NCBI GenBank assembly: GCA_007571365.1
Contig: RKRN01000109.1
Span: 31,101-95,100 of the forward strand
Source: Candidatus Latescibacterota bacterium
Lineage (GTDB): Bacteria; Latescibacterota; UBA2968; UBA8231
DNA: 64,000 bases
Direction: 5' to 3'
The notes beneath the pieces were generated by a model, which searched no databases, was not told where the DNA came from, and saw nothing but the letters and a program-made list of their open reading frames with translations. Positions 1 through 8,712 of this stretch are shown here, piece by piece. Numbering within the stretch: position 1 is the stretch's first letter; each line of letters begins with the position of its first letter. The translations under genes and the position numbers were made by a program.

Positions 1-690
1 ATTGAGGCCTCGGGAGCCAATGCTTCAATCGTCTTTGTGCCAGCCCCCTTTGCCGCCGACGCCATCATGGAAGCGGCCGATGCCGGTATAGAGCTAGTCA
101 TTTGTATCACCGAGAACATCCCCGTGAGCGACATGGTCAAAGCCTACCATTATGTCCAAGTGCGCTCTACTCGTCTGATCGGGCCTAATTGCCCCGGCGT
201 CATTTCGCCGGGGAAGTGCAAAATCGGCATTATGCCTCACTTTATTCATCAGCCAGGTCGCGTGGGGATTATCTCTCGGAGTGGAACGCTGACCTATGAA
301 GCCGTGGGGCAACTCACTGAGCGAGGCTTGGGCCAGTCCACAGCCATCGGCATTGGCGGCGACCCAATCATCGGGACGCGCTTTGTGGACGCGCTGGCTC
401 TCTTTAAGGACGACCCCGAGACCGATGCGGTCGTGATGATCGGCGAGATTGGCGGCACGGCTGAAGAGGAAGCGGCTACCTATATCAAAGAGTGCTACGA
501 CAAGCCCGTCATTGGCTTTATCGCGGGGCGTACAGCACCTCCGGGGCGGCGGATGGGACATGCAGGAGCTATTATCTCAGGTGGTAAGGGGGCGGCCGAG
601 GACAAAATGGCGGCGATGCGGGAAGCAGGGATTCACACCTGTGAGAACCCTGCGGAAATTGGGGAAACGGTAGCGAAGGTACTGAGCTGA
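1..690 (+). CDS. sucD: Succinyl-CoA synthetase alpha subunit (5'-truncated by window)
   Basis: [20 protein letters not shown] and RMGHAGA (phospho-His) motifs; frame is open from base 1. Confidence 0.97.
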   Translation: MEASGANASIVFVPAPFAADAIMEAADAGIELVICITENIPVSDMVKAYHYVQVRSTRLIGPNCPGVISPGKCKIGIMPHFIHQPGRVGIISRSGTLTYEAVGQLTERGLGQSTAIGIGGDPIIGTRFVDALALFKDDPETDAVVMIGEIGGTAEEEAATYIKECYDKPVIGFIAGRTAPPGRRMGHAGAIISGGKGAAEDKMAAMREAGIHTCENPAEIGETVAKVLS

Positions 691-743
691 TTTAATTGGG
701 AAACGTTTTTCTACGTAACTGTCTCTCCTTCAACAACTCAGTT

Positions 744-1568
744 TTAGTGGGGCGGAGCAAATTCCCTCTTGGTCAGCAGCGGCATAATGGCGGCTTGGCG
801 GCTTAGGAGCAGGAGGCCGCCAAGCAGGAGTAGGCCGGAGAGCAGGACCAAGGGCATGGGGAGATGTTGGGAGGGACCGAGGCCTTCCATGCCTAAGTAA
901 GTGCGCAAGTTGATCCCAATTATCGAAGTCGAGTTGTTTACCGCGTGGGCGAGCATGGCAGGATAGATGCTGTGAGTCCAGTAAACTAAAGCACCGAGGA
1001 AGAGCCCAAAAAAGAAGAGGGGAATCATTTGCCAAGGGTTGAAGTGAGAAGTGGCAAACAGCAGGGCCGAACCGCCTAGTGCCCAGCGCGGCCCATAGTG
1101 GGCGCAAAGGCTCGTGAATATAAGTCCGCGGAAGAGGGGCTCTTCGCAAAAAACAGGTACTAGCACTAGTGTTATCAGTCCCTTCGGGAGCTCTGCTAGG
1201 CCGCGGACAATATGAATTTCCAGCAGGTTTTTCTGAAAAGACAGCGGCATGGACAGGTCTATCTGGCCGAGAAGATAGGCCTGATACAAGTCAAGTTCGG
1301 CGATTACAAGGCTACAGCAAATAGTAACCGGGATTGTCAGCAACAGGGTCGCAGCCGACGTGGCGTTGAATAGAAGTAAATCTTCGGCAATTAGGCGATG
1401 GCGGCGAATGTAAAGAGCAACAAACCACAAAAGGGTACATTCGGCGGCAATAATACCAGCATATAGAGATAAAAAGCCGACGATGGGCCAAACTACGAAG
1501 TGGGCTAGCAGGAGCGTAGGTAGCACTAGGCGGAGAACATGGGAGAAGCGGGGATAGTGCGTACGCAT
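744..1568 (-). CDS. CPBP/CAAX (Abi) family intramembrane metalloprotease
   Basis: EEPLFRG, FxxxH and HAVNN motifs; hydrophobic helices. Confidence 0.9.
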   Translation of the reverse strand: MRTHYPRFSHVLRLVLPTLLLAHFVVWPIVGFLSLYAGIIAAECTLLWFVALYIRRHRLIAEDLLLFNATSAATLLLTIPVTICCSLVIAELDLYQAYLLGQIDLSMPLSFQKNLLEIHIVRGLAELPKGLITLVLVPVFCEEPLFRGLIFTSLCAHYGPRWALGGSALLFATSHFNPWQMIPLFFFGLFLGALVYWTHSIYPAMLAHAVNNSTSIIGINLRTYLGMEGLGPSQHLPMPLVLLSGLLLLGGLLLLSRQAAIMPLLTKREFAPPH

Positions 1569-1596
1569 GAGGCTATATAATATAAGTCGTTATTCT

Positions 1597-2526
1597 TTAT
1601 CTGTTTAGAGCGCGTAGATAACCCCGCGTTCGGCTAGACCAGAACAAATAACTAAAAAACAGATCCGGGACATAGGTTTTCACAAGAAAGCGAGTCACCC
1701 AGCGAATGGGGTAGTGAATCGGCGACAATAAGGCTAGCTGGAGCGCGAGCCGCCGAGGAGAAAAAGCAGCCGCCTTGATAAAGTCTAGCTGGAGTACGGC
1801 GTCAAGCTCGCGATGCTTTTTTAACAGGATGGGGATTGACATGCTGCCGTAGGTTTGCATCAGACGGCAAAGCGGTTCCAACGAACGCAAGTGATTGTGG
1901 TGTGACAGGGCTTCAGGGGCATAGTAAAGCGGAATACCTGCCAAGTGGAGGCGATACCCTAATTCTAGATCTTCGCCGCCATAAGCCGTGAGGTCCTCGT
2001 CGAAAAATCCCACGCGCAGCAGGGACAACCGGCGAACCGAGGAGTTGCCGGTGACAAAGCACTTGAAAGGTATGGTCTTATCCGCATCAACCCTATGGAC
2101 CCCCCTCCCTTCGAGATAGCGAGTCAGGGAGGTAGCGGGAATTTCACTGGCAAAGCGGATATTGCCGACAAAAACGGCTTCCGCGTGGTTTTGATGCCGT
2201 TGGGCATGGGCGCGGAGAAAATTTGTGCCGACGGTCATGTCGCTGTCGAGAAAGACGACGATATCGCCGCTGGCGACCCGCAGGGCTGCGTTGCGCGCCC
2301 GGGCGCGTCCCTGATTGTGTTCGTTGCGGAGGAGTTGAAACTCTAACGGCGCGACCGCCGCATGTAGCCGCTCAGCATCCAAATCGGGGGAGGCATCGTC
2401 CACTACGATGATTTGGGTCGCTTCGTGAGGGTAATCTTGCTTCGACAGGCTCTTGAGTGCTGCTTCAAGATGCCCAGGCTCGTCATAGGTTGGGATTACG
2501 ACGCTAAGCGTCAGCGGGGTGCTCAT
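1597..2526 (-). CDS. Glycosyltransferase family 2
   Basis: SVVIPTY, VVDDAS, ARNAA, FLDSD, GGEDLELGYRL. Confidence 0.92.
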   Translation of the reverse strand: MSTPLTLSVVIPTYDEPGHLEAALKSLSKQDYPHEATQIIVVDDASPDLDAERLHAAVAPLEFQLLRNEHNQGRARARNAALRVASGDIVVFLDSDMTVGTNFLRAHAQRHQNHAEAVFVGNIRFASEIPATSLTRYLEGRGVHRVDADKTIPFKCFVTGNSSVRRLSLLRVGFFDEDLTAYGGEDLELGYRLHLAGIPLYYAPEALSHHNHLRSLEPLCRLMQTYGSMSIPILLKKHRELDAVLQLDFIKAAAFSPRRLALQLALLSPIHYPIRWVTRFLVKTYVPDLFFSYLFWSSRTRGYLRALNR

Positions 2527-3638
2527 GCTAGGGTTTCGTAAAGCTGGGTGAGTTGAGCGGCTTCTCGTTCCCAGTTATAGTGCCGTGCCGCCTGCAAACT
2601 CGCCTTGGCGTACGCCTCTCGCTGCGCTGCATTATCTAAAAAAGAGGCGACCTGCGCTCGAATGGCCGCTATATTGGTTGGGTTGACCGTAGCCCCGATA
2701 TGCGTTTCGCGGACGATGCGCTCCATTTCAGGAAAGTTGCTGGCTAAGACCGGCAGCCCGGCCATCATATACTCGAAAAGCTTGTTGGGCAGAGAGTAGT
2801 AGAAGCTCTTGCCCGTGCCTTTGATCAGACACAGGCCCAAGTCGGCCGAGCAAGTATAATTGTGAAGTTGGTAAAAGGGCACCCGGGAAATAAAATAGAC
2901 CCGATCCTCTAGGCCCTCAGCGCGAACTTGGTTCCGCAGGGCCTGTTCACTCGGCCCATCCCCAATTAGCACTAGGGCGGCGGCAAGCCCTGCGGTGGCC
3001 TCAATTTGCTCGCGCAAGCCGTTTTCGGTGAGAAATCCTCCTTGATAGAGAACAACGGGACGATCATCGGACAAGCCCAGTGTTTCGCGTATCAGGTTGC
3101 TTTGGACCTTGTGGCGGAATAGCGGCAAATTGCGCAGAACGACGACCTCGTCAAGGCGGTAACGCTCCCTGAGCGATTGGGCAATAGACCCGCTGACGGT
3201 TATGACGCGATCTACTCGTCTTATCAGCCGCTGCTCCAGCAAACGCCAGCAGGACCGCATCAGCGGCCGGTTGACCAGTGAAGATTGTTCGGTCCAAAAT
3301 TCGTGTGCGTCATAGACGATGGGCAGATCTAGTCGCTGTGCAGCTCGCACTGCTGGCCAGAGTGAGTCTAAGTCGTGTGCGTGATAGGCATCCGGCTGGG
3401 TCTTGACGAGCAGAGGATAGGCCCGTTGCCAAAAAAAAGGATAGAGGCGGCGCAGCGAGCGGCTCCGGTCTAGCGGAATCGGGTAGATTTCAAAATCGTC
3501 CCATCCCTTGAGTGGGGCTAAGTTAAAAGAGGAGGCGACAATGACGACTTGGTGACCAGCGCGGCGCAGCGAAGTAGCCTCTCGGTAGATGCGGTAGTCG
3601 AAATTCAGGTCGGTGAAAGCGACCATACAGATACGCAT
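2523..3638 (-). CDS. Glycosyltransferase family 4 (GT-B)
   Basis: YDAHE, PNKLFEYMMAGLPV motifs; overlaps the GT2 start by 4 bp. Confidence 0.92.
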   Translation of the reverse strand: MRICMVAFTDLNFDYRIYREATSLRRAGHQVVIVASSFNLAPLKGWDDFEIYPIPLDRSRSLRRLYPFFWQRAYPLLVKTQPDAYHAHDLDSLWPAVRAAQRLDLPIVYDAHEFWTEQSSLVNRPLMRSCWRLLEQRLIRRVDRVITVSGSIAQSLRERYRLDEVVVLRNLPLFRHKVQSNLIRETLGLSDDRPVVLYQGGFLTENGLREQIEATAGLAAALVLIGDGPSEQALRNQVRAEGLEDRVYFISRVPFYQLHNYTCSADLGLCLIKGTGKSFYYSLPNKLFEYMMAGLPVLASNFPEMERIVRETHIGATVNPTNIAAIRAQVASFLDNAAQREAYAKASLQAARHYNWEREAAQLTQLYETLA

Positions 3639-3665
3639 GATGTATAAGGAATCGGCGTAAAGGCT

Positions 3666-3703
3666 AAAAATAAAAAAGCAGCCTATCTAAAAATGGGCTG
3701 CTT
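3666..3703 (-). terminator. Intrinsic terminator downstream of the candidate ncRNA
   Basis: AAGCAGCC/GGCTGCTT stem followed by a U-rich tract on the minus strand. Confidence 0.7.
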
Positions 3704-3712
3704 ATAAAATAA

Positions 3713-3872
3713 AGAGTATGGCGGCCGGAAGGGGTAATCTTGAAACGCAAGTGAGATCCTCAAACGAGGCGGTGTGGGGAGGTAATTTTGAAGATCCCAA
3801 CGGCCCGAAAAGGGAAATCCGAGCTTCTCGTATCAAGACTTTGACCGCGTAGCGGACCGCCACACTCTGTTT
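3713..3872 (-). ncRNA. Structured ncRNA candidate (6S-like or novel sRNA/leader)
   Basis: Ends pair (AGAGUGUGGCGG/CCGCCAUACUCU); inner stems GUCUUGA/UCAAGAU and GAUCUUCAAA/UUUGAGGAUC; all three use G-U pairs only on the minus strand; flanked by a sigma70-like promoter and a terminator. Confidence 0.7.
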
Positions 3873-3877
3873 AGAAA

Positions 3878-3906
3878 AAAATACACACGCTAGATTGTGT
3901 TGTCAA
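3878..3906 (-). promoter_or_regulatory. Sigma70-type promoter of the ncRNA
   Basis: TTGACA-17 bp-TATTTT with TG immediately before the -10 box. Confidence 0.7.
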
Positions 3907-3943
3907 GCGGAAAAATGGATCTAAAGAAAATGCCAACAGAGTC

Positions 3944-3972
3944 TTGCACACTTACAAGTGTGTGCGTATCTT
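3944..3972 (+). promoter_or_regulatory. Promoter of the XRE gene with overlapping palindromic operator candidate
   Basis: TTGCAC-17 bp-TATCTT; palindrome CACACTT-AC-AAGTGTG at 3947-3962. Confidence 0.55.
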
Positions 3973-4011
3973 TTGGCAGAGAATGGTTAAAATAATTCAG
4001 AGGGACCGCAC

Positions 4012-4545
4012 ATGCAGTTTGCAGAAATGATCAAGAAGGCCCGACGACAAGCCCACCTGAGCCAGCAGGGATTGGCCGGACAACTCGTGACGGCGCGAAG
4101 GCCCAAGGGCGTATGGGCAACCTATATAGGACAAATTGAGAAAGGGGAGAAGGTCCCTTCCGACGAAGTGTGTCTCAAGTTGGCCGAGGTTTTGGAACTT
4201 GACTCTAATAGATTGTTGATTGCTGCTTATGAGGCCAAGGCCAGTTCGGAGGAAGGACGTGCGCTCTATGGCAAGATGATGCGCTCGCTGTCGGATCCAG
4301 TCGTCAACAAGCTCCTGTCTAGCGAAGAGCCGTTGGACCCAGCCCTCTTGGGGATACTATCGAATCCAGAAATTTTGGCTCTGCTCGGGGATCAACCGTG
4401 GTTAGAGGCCGTTGCTCGGGCGCGCAAGAAGCAGAAGGAGCGCGATGTGTTACGCCTGCTCGCTCTGGTAGAGGCGATGGACGACAAACAGTGGGATATG
4501 ATAATGGGTATCATAGGGACTTGGAACCTAGAGTCGCCTAATTAG
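4012..4545 (+). CDS. XRE-family HTH transcriptional regulator
   Basis: IKKARRQAHLSQQGLA...YIGQIEKGEKVPS...KLAEVL HTH_3 pattern plus helical C-terminal domain. Confidence 0.88.
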   Translation: MQFAEMIKKARRQAHLSQQGLAGQLVTARRPKGVWATYIGQIEKGEKVPSDEVCLKLAEVLELDSNRLLIAAYEAKASSEEGRALYGKMMRSLSDPVVNKLLSSEEPLDPALLGILSNPEILALLGDQPWLEAVARARKKQKERDVLRLLALVEAMDDKQWDMIMGIIGTWNLESPN

Positions 4546-5024
4546 AAATCGGGTAGTTTGTACTCGCCGCGCTCAATGGCTTGCTCTAATTCTTGGTGGA
4601 AGGTGCTGTCTAGATGGGAAGTGATTTTCCAACCACCGGAATCGCGAAGAAAGTAAAAGAATGGCGACGTGCGCTCGTCGCCTAGCGTAGAGGAATCGAA
4701 GAGTAGGTAACCGATGCGCTCGTTGATGATGCGCTCTTCAGCGATTTCTCGCCGCAGTTGAGCCTTGATCTCTGCTGGCGTCTTTTGTCGCCACCGTTCG
4801 ACAAAGCTCTGACGATCTTCGCTCTCCACTTGCGAAGAACTGAAACATTCCCAAAGCAGGTCAAAGTCGCTGTTTTCTAGCGCGTACTTGTAAGTCTGGA
4901 AGGTCTGGGCCGGGTGTGAGAAGCGTTGGTCTAGGTCTTCGCTATTGCAGCCGAGGAGCAGGGCGAGACAAACAAATAGTTGTAGGGCCATTGTGTGTAG
5001 TGCAAGGATCAGTGTCTTGGGCAA
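4542..5024 (-). CDS. Hypothetical lipoprotein (NTF2-like fold possible)
   Basis: Lipobox LLLGC; GGWKI motif. Confidence 0.65.
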   Translation of the reverse strand: MPKTLILALHTMALQLFVCLALLLGCNSEDLDQRFSHPAQTFQTYKYALENSDFDLLWECFSSSQVESEDRQSFVERWRQKTPAEIKAQLRREIAEERIINERIGYLLFDSSTLGDERTSPFFYFLRDSGGWKITSHLDSTFHQELEQAIERGEYKLPDF

Positions 5025-5038
5025 CTTCAGCTACTTGG

Positions 5039-5767
5039 TCAGGTGTTACGTCTGCGTCCACCCGGAAGGGATTCAACGCTTGGTTTTTTGACTAGCGATT
5101 CGATGGCGTCGCGCAGACGAGCAGCTTCTTCGTATTCTTCGCATACGACGGCCTGCTGTAGCCGATGCCGAAGCAGGCTGAGTTCGTCTTTCTCTTTTTG
5201 GGGAGGGCGTTGAGCGTCGGCCTCTTCGGCATTCCGCTTCGGTGAGCGGACCTTGGCCGAACCGGCTTCTGCATTGAGTGCCGTGGAAATCTGCACTTCA
5301 AACTCGTAGAAGCGGTTCAGAGTGTGTTCAACATCCAAGTCGGTTTCCAAGGGCTCCAAGCCAACCTCGTCAAGCAACGCAGGAGCAACGTAGATTGGCG
5401 AACCTGTGCGCAAGGCCAAAGCGATGACATCGCTGGGGCGTGCGTCGATGTCCTTTATCGTGTGATTCTTCTCAATGACGATCCTCGCGTAGTAAATGGA
5501 GCGGCGCACGTTGTGGATGACAACTTGGCGTACGCGTATCGCAAGGGAACTGACCATAGAAGAGAGTAAGTCGTAAGAGATTGGGCGTATAGGTTCATCG
5601 TTTTCTAGCTGCATCCGAATGGCGGCCGCTTCAAATTCGCCAATGGGAATGGGCAGGAGCCGCGGGAGGTTACCGTTCTTCTCGCTCAACCATACCAAGG
5701 GCCTGTCCTCGTGCAAGTAGGGGCTAACCTTGACCACGGTCATCTCAACTAAAGAAGTAGTACTCAT
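5039..5767 (-). CDS. Bifunctional nuclease family (DUF151) with C-terminal UVR motif
   Basis: IGEFEAAAI, RPISYDL, DARPSD, EEYEEAARLRD. Confidence 0.9.
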   Translation of the reverse strand: MSTTSLVEMTVVKVSPYLHEDRPLVWLSEKNGNLPRLLPIPIGEFEAAAIRMQLENDEPIRPISYDLLSSMVSSLAIRVRQVVIHNVRRSIYYARIVIEKNHTIKDIDARPSDVIALALRTGSPIYVAPALLDEVGLEPLETDLDVEHTLNRFYEFEVQISTALNAEAGSAKVRSPKRNAEEADAQRPPQKEKDELSLLRHRLQQAVVCEEYEEAARLRDAIESLVKKPSVESLPGGRRRNT

Positions 5768-6384
5768 TAGTCATCCCCATTAAGACGACTAATCTCGTCG
5801 CGAAGCCGTGCGGCCTCCTCGTAGATTTCTTCGGCAACCGCTTGATGCAGGCGTCTTTTGAGTTGTTCTAGCTGATTGACGGCTGATGTAGTGATGGTCG
5901 AGTACTCTTCTCGCGGTGCGGCCACGGATTTGGTGATGGCATTAACTTCAGCCGTAACCCATTCATCGTCGTCAGAAAGAACGCATCCCACGTCTTTGAG
6001 TACCTTGACGGCAGCGTAGATCGGTGCGTCAAAGCGCAAGGCTAGGGCAATTGCATCGCTGGGACGTGCGTCGAATGTATGAGCCTTGCCCTCGTCGTCA
6101 ACGAGGTGAATATCAGCGTAGTACGTTCTTTCGCGTGAGTTAAAGTCCGTAATTTCGACCCGGATTATCCGGGCGTCGACGTGGGCGAGAATCTGATGGG
6201 CTAGATCGTAGCTGATGGGGCGTACAGGTTGACGCCTGCTGTGGGCTGTGGAAATGGCGGCCGCTTCAAAGCGGCCGATGACAATGCGCAGATAAGAGTT
6301 GCCTTCGACTTCTTTGAGTACTACTTCGGGGTATAAAGATAGAGATTTGTTGCTTAAAACCCCCTTGACGTCCATCAGGACCAT
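5767..6384 (-). CDS. Bifunctional nuclease family (DUF151) with UVR motif, tandem paralogue
   Basis: IGRFEAAAI, RPISYDL, DARPSDAIALA, YEEAARLRDEI. Confidence 0.9.
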   Translation of the reverse strand: MVLMDVKGVLSNKSLSLYPEVVLKEVEGNSYLRIVIGRFEAAAISTAHSRRQPVRPISYDLAHQILAHVDARIIRVEITDFNSRERTYYADIHLVDDEGKAHTFDARPSDAIALALRFDAPIYAAVKVLKDVGCVLSDDDEWVTAEVNAITKSVAAPREEYSTITTSAVNQLEQLKRRLHQAVAEEIYEEAARLRDEISRLNGDD

Positions 6385-6427
6385 AGCATTACACTACAAT
6401 TTAATAGGCATTTATCAATAGATGTAT

Positions 6428-6459
6428 AAAATATAATACGACGTAAAAGCGGGTGTCAA
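6428..6459 (-). promoter_or_regulatory. Sigma70-like promoter for the DUF151 genes
   Basis: TTGACA followed by AT-rich TATTATATT at 15-18 bp spacing. Confidence 0.5.
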
Positions 6460-6473
6460 CCAACTCGCGCCTC

Positions 6474-6635
6474 TTACCCATCTGGCAAATCCCCCTCTTT
6501 GTTTTTTAGCTTCAACTCGAGTCCGGCGAGTTGGCGGCCCAGTTCCCCAATGCGCCGGTTTAGGTGCGCCAAATAGGCAAAAAGCACGATCCACACGGCC
6601 GCGAAGGCAGCAAATAAGTAGTGGAGATTGTCCAT
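6474..6635 (-). CDS. ccmD: Heme exporter protein CcmD (53 aa, below the ORF track cut-off)
   Basis: Manual translation MDNLHYLFAAFAAVWIVLFAYLAHLNRRIGEL...; single TM helix plus charged tail, directly after ccmC. Confidence 0.85.
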   Translation of the reverse strand: MDNLHYLFAAFAAVWIVLFAYLAHLNRRIGELGRQLAGLELKLKNKEGDLPDG

Positions 6636-6641
6636 AGTCTC

Positions 6642-7313
6642 TTACGTTTCGTCAATTAGTTTTTGCTGCAGGAGCACCACGGCTTTTTCGATGCGGGCTA
6701 GCTCGATGCGTTGCGCTATGAGGCGAAAGAGCAGCAGGAAGAAAGCCACGCAACAGATCCACTTGGTGTATTGCATCGTCGGCTCAAGTTCTATATTGCG
6801 CGGCGGGTGTAGCTGTTGGTCGGCGGCCCACAGATCGACAGCATAGTACACCAAAGGAACGTTGGCGAAGGCGAGAATGCCCAATACAGCACTGATGCGC
6901 TGTACCGGAGTAGAGTTAGCCCCGTATCCCCGCACCATTAGGTAGGCCACGTAGATGGTGAAGGTAATCAGCATGGAGGTCAGACGCGGCTCCCACCGCC
7001 AGTAAACTCCCCAGATGGGCTTGGCCCACAAGGGGCCTGTGATCAGCACGATCAACGCAAAAATCACGCCCAATTCGGCTGAGCACAGTGCTAGGCGATC
7101 CCACTTGTCTGTGCGCGTACGCAGATACTGTACGCTGCCGACGAATACCAGAAAAAAGGCCAAAAACGAAGAAAACGCCGCTGGCACGTGAAAGTAGAAG
7201 ATTCGCTGGACGACTCCCATTTCTTTTTCCGTGGGGACCCACAGAAAAATCGCGCCCAAGGCGACGAGCATGACCACGAAAGTCAAACAGGAAAATGGGA
7301 CTGAACGCATCAC
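6642..7313 (-). CDS. ccmC: Cytochrome c biogenesis protein CcmC
   Basis: FYFHVP and WAKPIWGVYWRWEPRLT (WWD motif). Confidence 0.95.
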   Translation of the reverse strand: MMRSVPFSCLTFVVMLVALGAIFLWVPTEKEMGVVQRIFYFHVPAAFSSFLAFFLVFVGSVQYLRTRTDKWDRLALCSAELGVIFALIVLITGPLWAKPIWGVYWRWEPRLTSMLITFTIYVAYLMVRGYGANSTPVQRISAVLGILAFANVPLVYYAVDLWAADQQLHPPRNIELEPTMQYTKWICCVAFFLLLFRLIAQRIELARIEKAVVLLQQKLIDET

Positions 7314-7987
7314 TCCTCGATTGCGTACTCAAAAAGCATTAACGATAGCACCGTGAAAACCACCGCGTACACCCCCAACATCTGCAGGTGCGCGAAGAGC
7401 TTTTCGCCATAGTCATTGGCCAGCACTAGCCCCGTCGCCTCCACGCAGGAAATCAACGCCGGCAAGAGCATGGGCAAGAGCAAAAGGGGCAGCATCAACT
7501 CGCGCAAACGCATGTTGTTCGACAACGCCGCAAAAAGCGTACCCGCTGACGCCATACAAGCTGATCCCAAGACGAAGACACCCAACAGGGGTAGCAAGAA
7601 AAAGCCTAAAGACAGATTAAAAAAGAGTGCAAAAAAGGGCAAACTTAGAAGTTCGATTATTAAAAGAAAAACAAAATTGCCCAGCATTTTACCTAGGTAT
7701 ATGGCCCCGCGATCACCCGGCACTAATAGCAACGCGTCGAGCGCGTCGTTGTCTCGTTCGTCAGTAAAAGAGCGGCTCAGACTGAGTAGGCTGGCGAAGA
7801 CATAGGACGACCACAGGGTCCCAGGTCCGATCTCGCGTAGAGCACCCCCACCTAAATCGAAGGAAAAGTTGAATACCAGCAACATTAACAATATAAAGAA
7901 GACCATAGGACTGAGACGCGCCTTAGTGCGCCACTCGGCCTTCAGGTCCTTGTGCAGTATTGCCAGCGTACGCCCTAAAAAGCTCAT
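7310..7987 (-). CDS. ccmB: Heme exporter membrane protein CcmB
   Basis: KDLKAEWR, F.DE...LDAL, LLPLLLLP; position in ccm operon. Confidence 0.93.
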   Translation of the reverse strand: MSFLGRTLAILHKDLKAEWRTKARLSPMVFFILLMLLVFNFSFDLGGGALREIGPGTLWSSYVFASLLSLSRSFTDERDNDALDALLLVPGDRGAIYLGKMLGNFVFLLIIELLSLPFFALFFNLSLGFFLLPLLGVFVLGSACMASAGTLFAALSNNMRLRELMLPLLLLPMLLPALISCVEATGLVLANDYGEKLFAHLQMLGVYAVVFTVLSLMLFEYAIEE

Positions 7988-8712
7988 GGGTTGGCGTCGA
8001 GATAAGGGGCACAGAGTGTGCGCAGCCGATTAGAACCTTCCGTTAGGATTTGGTCCAAGCACCATTGACCGCGTTCGATCACCAGTAGGCGATCTACTAG
8101 GCCTTCGGCTTCACCGAGGTGATGCGTTACCAAGATGCAGGTGCGCCCTTCTTGACGAAAGCGACGCAAGAGGCGGTGCAATGCAGCACTGGCACTTGCG
8201 TCGAGGCCGGTAAACGGCTCGTCAAGCAAGAGAATAGAAGGATCATGCAGGATGGCACGAGCAATGGCCAGACGCTGTTTCATACCGCGGGAGAACGAAC
8301 CCACGCGCTGATCGAATCGCTCGTTCAGACCAACAACCGCTAAGGCCGCCGCGAGCCGTTCACTAGGGTTATCCAGGCCGTAGAGTTGGGCGAAGAAACG
8401 CAAATTCTCTCTCGCCGTCAGTTCGTCGTAAAGCAAGGTTTGATGCGAGATCAGGCCGATTTCTGCCCGCGCCTCGGGAATGCGTTGGGGATCGAGACCG
8501 TTGATTTTCACGCTCCCCGCCGAAGGTCGGCAGAGGCCGGCCACCAACCGCAATAGGGTACTCTTGCCCGCACCGTTGGCACCAACGAGCAGTGCCACTT
8601 GCCCACGCGGGATGACCAGATCGATGGGATGCAGGGCTGTGTGGATACCGAAGCGTTTAGCAGTGCCCGCTAGGACGATGGCATCGTCTCCACTCATCTC
8701 ATCACACATCAA
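7984..8712 (-). CDS. ccmA: Heme exporter ATP-binding protein CcmA
   Basis: GANGAGKST, FSRGMKQR, LLDEPFTGLD. Confidence 0.93.
   Translation of the reverse strand: MMCDEMSGDDAIVLAGTAKRFGIHTALHPIDLVIPRGQVALLVGANGAGKSTLLRLVAGLCRPSAGSVKINGLDPQRIPEARAEIGLISHQTLLYDELTARENLRFFAQLYGLDNPSERLAAALAVVGLNERFDQRVGSFSRGMKQRLAIARAILHDPSILLLDEPFTGLDASASAALHRLLRRFRQEGRTCILVTHHLGEAEGLVDRLLVIERGQWCLDQILTEGSNRLRTLCAPYLDANP

Noticed and set aside
3703-3864. 53-codon GTG-started ORF on the minus strand across the ncRNA candidate
   Set aside because: No RBS, no recognisable protein features; base-pairing explains the sequence better
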